Source: Mycolicibacterium smegmatis
Lineage (GTDB): Bacteria; Actinomycetota; Actinomycetes; Mycobacteriales; Mycobacteriaceae
Direction: 5' to 3'
DNA: 32,000 nt
Assembly (NCBI RefSeq): GCF_001457595.1
Contig: NZ_LN831039.1
Span: forward strand, 6,780,001-6,812,000
The first letter of the stretch is position 1. Each line of letters begins with the position of its first letter. The notes below the pieces were generated by a model, which ran no database searches, was not told the DNA's origin, and saw nothing but the letters and a program-made list of their open reading frames with translations. Made by a program: the position numbers and the translations under genes. Below are positions 24,807-32,000 of the stretch, one piece after another.

Positions 24807-25649
24807 TCAGTCCCGGTCCGACCAGCGGAACACCGCGCGGCAGGCGATCAGCCCGCCGACACACCACGCCATCAGCACGAGGAAGATCCGCCAGTGCTCC
24901 CAGCTGCCCGCCGGTTCGATCGCCACCAGCTCCGGCGGCAGCAGCACCGAGCGGAAACCCTGCGCCATCCACTTGACCGGGAACAGCGATCCGATGGCCA
25001 GCATCCACGTGGGCAGCACCATCAGCGGAACGTATGTGCCGGAGAGGAATTGCAGTCCCACCGCGGGCCCGTTGGTGAGCGCCGCGGCGGCCACCGCATT
25101 GCTTGCGAAGTTGCTGATGAACACCCCCAGCAGTGAGCAACTGACGACGCCGAGCACGAACACCCAGGCCAAGGTGAACCAGCCGAAGAGATCGGCGGGC
25201 AGGCGCAGCCCGAACACCAGGACCCCGACGGCCATGAGCAGCACGGCCTCGGCGAAACTCACGATCGCGACCAGCATGATCTTGCCGATGAAATACGACG
25301 TCGCGGTGGTGGGTGTGCCGCGCAGGCGGCGCAGCGCACCGGTGTCGCGATCGGCGGCGATGCTGATGCCGAGGTTGATGAACGACGTCGACAGGATTCC
25401 GTAGGCGAGCATGCTCGCCGCGATCACCGCGCCGGTGCTGACGCCGCCGACGGGCAGCGGATCCGAGAAGATCGAGCCCAGCAGCAGGCAGATCACCGCG
25501 GGCATCGAGAAGGTCAGGACCATCTGTTCGGGCCTGCGGTAGAACATCTTCAGTTCCGGCAGCACACGCGAGAACCCGATGCGCACCGCGGAGGGCACGG
25601 GCGCGGCGGTGTGCTGCGACGGTGGACTCGAGACGTGCTTGATCGACAT
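24807..25649 (-). CDS. ABC-2 type transporter permease (DrrB-like)
   Basis: 280 aa with six hydrophobic segments. Its ATG overlaps the ATPase stop (ATGA at 25649). The 456-aa ORF 24807..26177 is an out-of-frame over-extension. Confidence 0.8.
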   Translation of the reverse strand: MSIKHVSSPPSQHTAAPVPSAVRIGFSRVLPELKMFYRRPEQMVLTFSMPAVICLLLGSIFSDPLPVGGVSTGAVIAASMLAYGILSTSFINLGISIAADRDTGALRRLRGTPTTATSYFIGKIMLVAIVSFAEAVLLMAVGVLVFGLRLPADLFGWFTLAWVFVLGVVSCSLLGVFISNFASNAVAAAALTNGPAVGLQFLSGTYVPLMVLPTWMLAIGSLFPVKWMAQGFRSVLLPPELVAIEPAGSWEHWRIFLVLMAWCVGGLIACRAVFRWSDRD

Positions 25650-26485
25650 CAGGTCCGGCCGATCAGGTGCAGGTAGGCGTCTTCGAGCGACGGCCGCGTC
25701 ACGGTGAGCTGCGCGAGTTCGGCCCCGACGCGGCTGCGTTGCCGGATCAGTTCGGTGGGGAACTCGGTGCGCTCCTCGTGGACGTGCCCGCCCTCCATCC
25801 ACCGGACCGTCGCCGCGGTGTCCACGTGGCGCGTCAGCCGGGTCGGCGAATCCACGGCCACCACATTGCCGTCCGCGATGACCGCGACGCGGTCGGCCAG
25901 GGCCGCGGCCTCTTCCAGATAGTGCGTGGTCAGCACGATCGTCGTGCCGTCGGCGGCCAACAGCCGGATCAGTTCCCAGAACTGTTGGCGCGCCTCGGGA
26001 TCGAAACCTGTCGTCGGTTCGTCGAGGAACACCAGTTCGGGCCTGCCGATGATGCCGAGCGCGACGTCGAGCCTGCGCCGCTGCCCACCCGAGAGCGTGC
26101 GTACGCGTGACCGGGACGCATGCCTGAGGCCGACCAGTTCGAGCACGTCGGCGGGCGCGCGGGCGGTGCCGTAGCACGCGGCGAACATCTGCACGGTCTC
26201 ACCCACCGTGAGCATCCCCGCATCGCTGACCTCCTGCAGCACGATGCCGATGCGGGCCCGCCACTGGCGCCCGGCACGTCCCGGGTCCTCTCCCAGCACC
26301 AGGACCTCCCCGGAGTCACGCCGCCGGTTGCCTTCGAGGATCTCGACCGTGGTGGTCTTCCCGGCCCCGTTGGGCCCGAGGATCGCGAAGATCTCGCCGT
26401 ATCCGACGTCCAGGTCGAGATCACGGACAGCCGGCCGTCGGTCGTAGCTCTTCGACAGCCCGCGCACCTCGACCGCCGCACTCAC
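25649..26485 (-). CDS. ABC transporter ATP-binding protein (DrrA-like, ABC-2 exporter)
   Basis: Walker A GPNGAGKTT, signature LSGGQRRR and Walker B LVFLDEPTTGFD. The GTG start overlaps the PKS stop (GTGA, 26482-26485). Confidence 0.9.
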   Translation of the reverse strand: MSAAVEVRGLSKSYDRRPAVRDLDLDVGYGEIFAILGPNGAGKTTTVEILEGNRRRDSGEVLVLGEDPGRAGRQWRARIGIVLQEVSDAGMLTVGETVQMFAACYGTARAPADVLELVGLRHASRSRVRTLSGGQRRRLDVALGIIGRPELVFLDEPTTGFDPEARQQFWELIRLLAADGTTIVLTTHYLEEAAALADRVAVIADGNVVAVDSPTRLTRHVDTAATVRWMEGGHVHEERTEFPTELIRQRSRVGAELAQLTVTRPSLEDAYLHLIGRT

Positions 26486-29400
26486 GAGATCGCCCCTCCC
26501 GCTTCGGTTCCGGACGCTTCCAGCTCGGCAAGCAGCTGCCGCATCTCGGCCTCCGACAGGTCCTGCAGGAGCCGCTCGACGTCGTCGTCGGTGGTGGTGG
26601 GCTCACTCGCTGTTTCCCCGGTGTCGGGTTCGACCGGTGCCACGCCGTGGATGTCGCGCAGTTCGGCGAGGATCCGCGCGGACAGGGAGTTGACGCTGAC
26701 GCCGCGCAGGATCTCCAGTACCGGCAGGTCGATCGAGAAGGCCGAGTTGATCCGCACCCGGAAGTCCATGGCCATCATGGAATCCAGCCCGATGTCGTCG
26801 AGCATGTCGTCGGGTTCGATGTCGGTCACCGCGCAGTCGAACACCGCAGCGACGAGGCGACGTACCTGCTCGGCGATCACGGCCGGACGGTCGGCGTCGG
26901 CCGTGTGTGCGAGCAGTTCGAGGATCGACGGCCCGACCCCGTCCTGACCGCCGACCGTGTCCGCGGTTCCCAACTCGCCGAACATCTTCGGCACCAGCCC
27001 ACCGAAGCCGACCTGCCGCGCGCGGGACCAGTCGGCGTTCATCGCGACCACGGCAGGCACCGACTGGCTCAGCAGGCGGTCGATGATCCGCGCCCCGACC
27101 GCCGGCGTGATGAGCTCGATTCCGCGCTGCGCGTATACCTTTTCCAATCCGAGTTCCTCGACCATGCCCACCGACCACGGGCCCCACCCGATCGTGAGGG
27201 CCGGCAGTCCGAGGCCCTGCCGGTGATGGGCGAACGCGTCGAGAAACGCGTTGGCAGCCGCGTAATTGCCCTGCCCCGGTGCGGCGATCGTGGACCCGGC
27301 CGACCCGAACATGACGAAGAACTCCAGATCATGGTCCTCGAACACGTTGTGCAGCACACGGGTTCCGGTGATCTTGGGCGCGAGCACCTCGGCGAAGTCG
27401 TCCTCGCCCATGTTCACCAACAGCTGGTCTCTGACCGAGCCCGCGGCGTGGACGATGCCGCGGACGGGCCGCCCGCCGCTGCCGGTGTGCTCGCGCAACC
27501 AGGCACGCACCTGGTCGCCGTCGGTGATGTCGACACTTGCGGTGCTCACGTGAGCACCGAGGCGTTCGATCGCCCGGATGGCGTCCACCGTCGCGTGGTG
27601 GGCGTCATCTTCGGTGATCGAGGCCCAGCGGTCCCGTAGCGGGATCGGGCTGCGTCCGAGCAGGGTGATGTGGCGGGCACCGCGCTCAGCGAGGTAGGTG
27701 GCGACGACACGACCGAGGGCTCCCGCTCCGCCGGTGACGACGTACGTCGCGTCGGCGGTCAGCTTGGTGGGGAACGGCTTGGTCAGCCCACTGCACGGGC
27801 GTAGCCGCGGGGCAAGGATCTGGTTGCCCCGCAGTGCGATCTGGTCCTCGGCCCCATCGCCGAGGACGTGCCCGCAGATCTGTTCGGCGGTGCGCGATGG
27901 TGCGTCGGCGTGGTCGATGTCGATCAGACCGCCCCAGTACTCGCCGAGTTCCTGGTGTCCGATGACGCGTCCGAGTCCCCAGAACGCGGCCTGCTCCACG
28001 CCGGTCAGTTCGGTGCCGGTCAGTTCGGTGCCCGCGGCCGGTTGCGCGTTGGCCGTGACGAGGTACAGGCGCGGCGTGACGCCATCGAGCGTCGCGAGTG
28101 CCTTGACGATCCGCAGCACGGTCGCCGTCCCTGCCGGGTCCGTGGCCGCATCGGTGACCTCGAGTGGCCAGCAGTCGATCAGGCCGGTGCGCTCGCCGGA
28201 CAGGTGCGTGGCGAGCATGTCGGGCCAGTCGATCTCGCCGGTGGGATAGTGTGCCACGGTGTGGACGTGATGGCCACGCAGGCGCAGGCCGTCCGCGATC
28301 GCCTCGCCGACGCCGCCGTTGTCGGTCAGGATCAGCCATGTCGATTCGTCGCCGTGCGCCGTGTCCGGAGTGTCGGTGACCGGTGACCACTCGAGTGCGA
28401 ACAGGCCCTTGTCGATGTGATCGGCCGACATGCGCGACGACGCGCTGAGGGACTGCACGGTGAACCCGTCGAACACCGCGAGTACGCCGCCGGACGGATC
28501 GGTGATCGTGATGTCGCATTCGACGGCGTCGTGGGTGGCCGAGAGCACCCGCGCCCGCACCGTCATGTGTTCTGCGGGTGGGCCGTACACGGCGCAGTGC
28601 CGGATGCGGGTCGGCAGATACGGATCGGTGTTCTCTTCCTGCCCGGAAAACGGTGCCCCGAACAGGGTTTGGAACGCACCGTCGATGAGCGCCGGATGGA
28701 ACCGGTACGTGTCGACGTCTGCGCTGATGCTTTGGGGTATGTCGATCTGGGCGACAGCCCAGTCACGACCGGCCGTCACGCTCGCCACGGAACGGAAGGC
28801 CTCGCCATAGTCGAACCCCAGCGCTTGGGTGCGCTGGTAGAACGTGTCTCCGTCGGTCGACGTGACCGCACCGCCGCCGGTGTCCCCCGCGCGCGGCGCG
28901 CGGGGCAACGTGTTGAGTTCGGCCGTCGCGGTGATCACCCATTTCAGGTCGGAGTCGGACGTGGCGATCAACGCGGCGAATTCCACGGAGCCGTCGTCCT
29001 GGTCGACGGTGGTGCGGATGACCGGGTCGCAGGTGTCGTCGAGGATCACGGCGCGGTGCAGCACCAGGTTGTCCACGCTGAGGTCGGACCCGTAGGTCTC
29101 ACGTCCGGCGGCCAGCGCCATCTCGACGTACACCGCGCCTGGGACCACCACGCTCCCCTGCACCTGGTGGTCGGCGAGGAACGGCACGGTGAGCGTGCTG
29201 AATTCGGCTTCCCAGGTGGGGTGTACGGCCCGCACGGGCTGGCCGAGCAGGGGATGCACGGGCCGGTAGAACAGCGCTTCCTCGGCCTCGTGGGTGTCGT
29301 TCCAGAACCGCTTGGTCTGCCACGGGTAGCTGGGGAGTTTGACCGGGTGCGCGCCGCCGCGGGGCTGCACCATGTCCCACGCGACCACGTGTCCGCGGCT

Positions 29401-31956
29401 GTGCAGCGCGCCCACGCAGTTCAGCAGCGTGCGCGCATCGTCCTGGCCCCGCCGCTGCGACGCGTCGACCGAGACACGCTGTGTGCCCGCGCTTTCCAGG
29501 ATCGACGCGGCGAGAACCGGATGCGGTCCCAGCTCGACGAAGTGGGTGCATCCGTCGTCGAGCATGCGCCGCATCGCGGGTTCGAACAACACCGTGGCCC
29601 GGGTGTTCTGCCACCAGTACGCCGCACCGGCGTCATAGCGGTCCAGCAGTTCGCCGGTCACCGTCGAATACAGCGGCAGTGTCGCGGCTTTCGATGACAG
29701 CGACGCGAACGCGGTGTGCAGGTCGTCTTTGATGGTCTCCATGTAGTGCGTGTGGTACGGGACCTTGACCGCGAGGTACCGGTTGAAGATCTGCGCCTCG
29801 TCGAGGTGACGCGCGATGTCTTCGAGCACGTCGGCGTCGCCGGCCACGGTCACAGCCGAGGGACTGTTGATCGCGGCGACCGAGACGCGGCGCCCGAACT
29901 GGTCGAGAATCTTCTCGTCGAGGGTCTGCATGAGGGTTTCCGCGTCGAGTCCGACTGCGAGCATCCGGCCCTGTCCGGTCGTGCGCTGCTGCAGCCGGCT
30001 GCGGTGGTAGATGACGTGGACGGCCTGTTCGAAGGTGAGCAGTCCGGCGATGTGGTGCGCGGCGACCTCGCCGGCGCTGTGGCCGATCACCGCGTCCGGC
30101 GTGATCCCGAAGTGCGCGAGTTGTTCGGCCAGGGCCACCTGGATCGCGAAGTTCGCGGGCTGCGCGAACTCGGTTTCTCCCATGCGCGACGAGGTTTCGT
30201 CACGGGTGAGCTCTTCGAGCAGCGACCAGTCGGCGTACCGGGACAGCTCCCGGTCGGTTCGGTGGATGCTGTCGGTGAACACCGGGAACACGTCGAGCAG
30301 TCCGCGGCACATCTGCCACCATTGCGGCCCCATCCCGGTGCACACGAACGCCAACCGGGCCTCCCCTGCCCGTCCGGCGGAGATCTGCCCGCCGTCGGCG
30401 ACGGCCTGCAGTTGTCGGCGCGCCTCGTCGATGCTGTCGACGACGAAGGTATGGCGGTGGTTCAGGTGGGCCCGGCGGTGGCTGAGGGTGTAACCGAGAT
30501 CGGCCAGCGTGACCTCCGGGTGGGCCGCGAGGTGCCCGGCCAACCGACCTGCCGTGGCGACCAGGGCCTCTTCACTGCGCGCCGAGATCGGCAGTACGGT
30601 CAGCACTCTGTGGTCGCCGGTCTCCGCGGAGTGGCGGACGGCCGGCGGTTCGGCAAGTACCACATGGGCGTTGGTGCCGCCGAACCCGAACGAGTTGATC
30701 CCCGCGATGCGCCGGCCGCACTCGGGGAACGGCCGCCCGATCGCGGGGATGTCGAGCTTGAGCTCGGTGAGGGACACGTGCCGGGTGGGGTTTTTCAGGT
30801 GCAGGTTGGCCGGGATGTGGCCGTGTTTGACGATCAGGGCGGCCTTGATGAGTCCCGCGACGCCCGCTCCGGCCTCGAGATGACCGATGTTGGTCTTGAC
30901 CGAGCCGATCACCAGCGGACGCGTCGCATCCCGGTCGGTGGTCAAAGCGCCTGCCAGGGCCCGCATCTCGACGGGGTCGCCGACGGGTGTCCCGGTGCCG
31001 TGCGCCTCGACGTAGGCCACGTCGTTCGGTTCGATGCCCGCGCGCTGCAAAGCCATCCGGATCGCGGCTTCCTGCGCCTCTTCGTTCGGCACGGTGATGC
31101 CGTCGGTGTGCCCGTCCTGCGACACCGCGGTGCCGAGGATCTGCGCGTAGATGTCGTCACCGTCGCGTAGCGCGTGGTCGAGCGGTTTGATGACGACGAC
31201 GGCGCCGCCTTCACCGCGGGCGTAGCCGTCGGCCGTATCGGAGAATGCCTTGCTGCGTCCCTCGGGACTGAGGAACCCGCTCTTGGATTCCGCGATCGCG
31301 GTGTTGGGGCCGACCATGATGTTGACACCGCCTGCGAGCGCCACATCGCAGTCGCCGTCCCAGATGCTCTGGGCCGCGAGGTGCACTGCGACAAGCGAAC
31401 TCGAGCATGCGGTGTCGATCGCCATGCTGGGCCCGCGGAAATCGAAGGCGTGCGAGATCCGGTTCGCCAGCATCGTCATCATCATCCCAGTGGCCGAGTG
31501 CGGCTTGAACCGGTAACGGCTGGTGCGGCCCTGGTTCTGCAGAAGCTGGTAGTCCAGCGTGAAACCGCCGACGAACACGCCCACGTCGGTACCTGCGAGT
31601 TCGTCGGCCGGGATTCCGCCGTCCTCCAGCGCCTCCCACGTTGCCTGCAGCAGCAACCGCTGCTGCGGATCGAGCGAATGAGCTTCTCTGGGCGAGATTC
31701 CGAAGAACTGCGGGTCGAATTGGTCGATCTGGTCGAGGAATCCGCCGCGCCGGGTGACGATCTTGCCGATCTTGGCCGGGTTGGGGTCGTGATACTTGGC
31801 GGCGTTCCACCGGTTCTCCGGTACCTCACGCGTGGCGTCGATGTCGTTGCACAACAGATCCCAGTACCGCTGCGCGGAGTCTGCGCCCCCAGGGAACCGG
31901 CAGCCGATCCCGACTATTGCCAGCGGTTGGCGGCTCGTGTGATCTGTGTTCGGCAT
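26482..31956 (-). CDS. type I polyketide synthase, single module KS-AT-DH-KR-ACP (FAS-like clade); no ER, no TE
   Basis: ATG at 31956 is preceded by GAGGGAG; the GTG at 31980 has no RBS. I checked the catalytic residues at codon level. KS Cys in DTACSSS (31405-31407), with EAHGTGT and NIGHLEAG. AT GHSAGE (30067-30084). DH HPLLG plus HQVQGSVVVP, His at 29167-29169. KR TGGAGALG with Tyr at 27262-27264. ACP LDS Ser at 26779-26781. About 230 aa separate DH and KR, enough for a structural KR subdomain only, which is too short for an ER. Confidence 0.9.
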   Translation of the reverse strand: MPNTDHTSRQPLAIVGIGCRFPGGADSAQRYWDLLCNDIDATREVPENRWNAAKYHDPNPAKIGKIVTRRGGFLDQIDQFDPQFFGISPREAHSLDPQQRLLLQATWEALEDGGIPADELAGTDVGVFVGGFTLDYQLLQNQGRTSRYRFKPHSATGMMMTMLANRISHAFDFRGPSMAIDTACSSSLVAVHLAAQSIWDGDCDVALAGGVNIMVGPNTAIAESKSGFLSPEGRSKAFSDTADGYARGEGGAVVVIKPLDHALRDGDDIYAQILGTAVSQDGHTDGITVPNEEAQEAAIRMALQRAGIEPNDVAYVEAHGTGTPVGDPVEMRALAGALTTDRDATRPLVIGSVKTNIGHLEAGAGVAGLIKAALIVKHGHIPANLHLKNPTRHVSLTELKLDIPAIGRPFPECGRRIAGINSFGFGGTNAHVVLAEPPAVRHSAETGDHRVLTVLPISARSEEALVATAGRLAGHLAAHPEVTLADLGYTLSHRRAHLNHRHTFVVDSIDEARRQLQAVADGGQISAGRAGEARLAFVCTGMGPQWWQMCRGLLDVFPVFTDSIHRTDRELSRYADWSLLEELTRDETSSRMGETEFAQPANFAIQVALAEQLAHFGITPDAVIGHSAGEVAAHHIAGLLTFEQAVHVIYHRSRLQQRTTGQGRMLAVGLDAETLMQTLDEKILDQFGRRVSVAAINSPSAVTVAGDADVLEDIARHLDEAQIFNRYLAVKVPYHTHYMETIKDDLHTAFASLSSKAATLPLYSTVTGELLDRYDAGAAYWWQNTRATVLFEPAMRRMLDDGCTHFVELGPHPVLAASILESAGTQRVSVDASQRRGQDDARTLLNCVGALHSRGHVVAWDMVQPRGGAHPVKLPSYPWQTKRFWNDTHEAEEALFYRPVHPLLGQPVRAVHPTWEAEFSTLTVPFLADHQVQGSVVVPGAVYVEMALAAGRETYGSDLSVDNLVLHRAVILDDTCDPVIRTTVDQDDGSVEFAALIATSDSDLKWVITATAELNTLPRAPRAGDTGGGAVTSTDGDTFYQRTQALGFDYGEAFRSVASVTAGRDWAVAQIDIPQSISADVDTYRFHPALIDGAFQTLFGAPFSGQEENTDPYLPTRIRHCAVYGPPAEHMTVRARVLSATHDAVECDITITDPSGGVLAVFDGFTVQSLSASSRMSADHIDKGLFALEWSPVTDTPDTAHGDESTWLILTDNGGVGEAIADGLRLRGHHVHTVAHYPTGEIDWPDMLATHLSGERTGLIDCWPLEVTDAATDPAGTATVLRIVKALATLDGVTPRLYLVTANAQPAAGTELTGTELTGVEQAAFWGLGRVIGHQELGEYWGGLIDIDHADAPSRTAEQICGHVLGDGAEDQIALRGNQILAPRLRPCSGLTKPFPTKLTADATYVVTGGAGALGRVVATYLAERGARHITLLGRSPIPLRDRWASITEDDAHHATVDAIRAIERLGAHVSTASVDITDGDQVRAWLREHTGSGGRPVRGIVHAAGSVRDQLLVNMGEDDFAEVLAPKITGTRVLHNVFEDHDLEFFVMFGSAGSTIAAPGQGNYAAANAFLDAFAHHRQGLGLPALTIGWGPWSVGMVEELGLEKVYAQRGIELITPAVGARIIDRLLSQSVPAVVAMNADWSRARQVGFGGLVPKMFGELGTADTVGGQDGVGPSILELLAHTADADRPAVIAEQVRRLVAAVFDCAVTDIEPDDMLDDIGLDSMMAMDFRVRINSAFSIDLPVLEILRGVSVNSLSARILAELRDIHGVAPVEPDTGETASEPTTTDDDVERLLQDLSEAEMRQLLAELEASGTEAGGAIS
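26656..26898 (-). other. PKS acyl carrier protein (ACP) domain (approximate bounds)
   Basis: ORF residues ~1695-1775 with the LDDIGLDSMMAMDF phosphopantetheine site. Confidence 0.8.
27181..27753 (-). other. PKS ketoreductase (KR) catalytic subdomain (approximate bounds)
   Basis: ORF residues ~1410-1600: TYVVTGGAGALG, the HAAGSVRD segment (the Asp of the LDD position is kept, so B-type is likely), and GNYAAANAF. Confidence 0.8.
28000..28032. repeat. Perfect 15-bp tandem duplication (2.2 copies) inside the PKS gene
   Basis: GCCGGTCAGTTCGGT occurs twice and is followed by GCC on the + strand. It encodes GTELT-GTELT-G in the DH-KR interdomain region and is in frame. Confidence 0.95.
28441..29268 (-). 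other. PKS dehydratase (DH) domain (approximate bounds)
   Basis: ORF residues ~905-1180: HPLLG, HxxxGxxxxP, GFDYGEAF, HPALIDGAFQ. Confidence 0.8.
29386..30360 (-). other. PKS acyltransferase (AT) domain (approximate bounds)
   Basis: ORF residues ~541-865: FVCTGMGPQWW, ETEFAQPANFAIQVAL, GHSAGE, YHRSRLQ, VPYHTHY. Confidence 0.8.
30646..31929 (-). other. PKS ketosynthase (KS) domain (approximate bounds)
   Basis: ORF residues ~18-445; the C-H-H catalytic triad motifs are present. Confidence 0.85.
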
Positions 31957-32000
31957 CGGCACTCCCTCGTCGCGTGACACGGCTTGCGAGTAGTTCGTTG

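Noticed and set aside
26482-31956. Assignment of the PKS as mycocerosic acid synthase or as part of a PDIM-type (pps/drr) locus, given the adjacent DrrAB-like exporter.
   Set aside because: Mas-type enzymes carry an ER domain and are about 2100 aa, and this protein has none. No pps, fadD26, papA5 or mmpL7 neighbours are visible in the window. Only two exporter genes (ATPase plus one permease) are present.
1-32000. Mobile elements, CRISPR arrays, tRNA/rRNA genes, toxin-antitoxin pairs or recognisable phage-defence genes.
   Set aside because: I found no transposase, integrase or recombinase-like ORFs. I found no regularly spaced direct repeats, no cloverleaf-like or rRNA-like segments, and no nuclease, helicase or methyltransferase gene clusters. 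Every gap longer than 100 bp is accounted for above.

Overview
This is a 32-kb high-GC actinobacterial chromosomal segment. The gene content (DUF732-like protein, HadA/HadB-type dehydratase, gylR-glpFKD glycerol divergon, GH6 CelA-like cellulase, FAS-like type I PKS) suggests a fast-growing Mycobacterium/Mycolicibacterium of the M. smegmatis type; this is inference only. I call 31 protein-coding genes packed almost end to end. I saw no rRNA, tRNA, CRISPR array, transposase/IS or prophage genes. The blocks are: (i) a GntR regulator, a small hypothetical gene and a bona fide ACC deaminase (acdS) preceded by a 34-bp perfect AT-rich palindrome; (ii) a CGNR zinc-finger plus GAF-ANTAR gene pair, divergent from a VOC/PNPOx-like pair, with four TTCTAATG-type half-sites over both promoters; (iii) oxidoreductases and a three-gene operon ending in an ABC-F ATPase, preceded by a large hairpin; (iv) a GH6 cellulase, an SDR, a fused HadA/HadB dehydratase and an NmrA-like reductase; (v) the glycerol locus gylR-glpK / glpF-glpK-glpD with three 7-3-7 operators; (vi) an ArsR-SRPBCC pair and a hydrolase/TetR pair; (vii) a 5.5-kb type I PKS (KS-AT-DH-KR-ACP, no ER, no TE) translationally coupled to an ABC-2 exporter. 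The best candidates for undescribed biology are the CGNR/ANTAR-VOC regulatory module, the orphan PKS-exporter operon with a non-canonical AT motif, the hairpin/uORF leader of the ABC-F operon, and the acdS operator. None of these is proven by sequence alone. Many long ORFs in the six-frame track are antisense or out-of-frame artefacts of high GC. Start codons were re-picked where RBS, leaderless-promoter or homology logic allowed.
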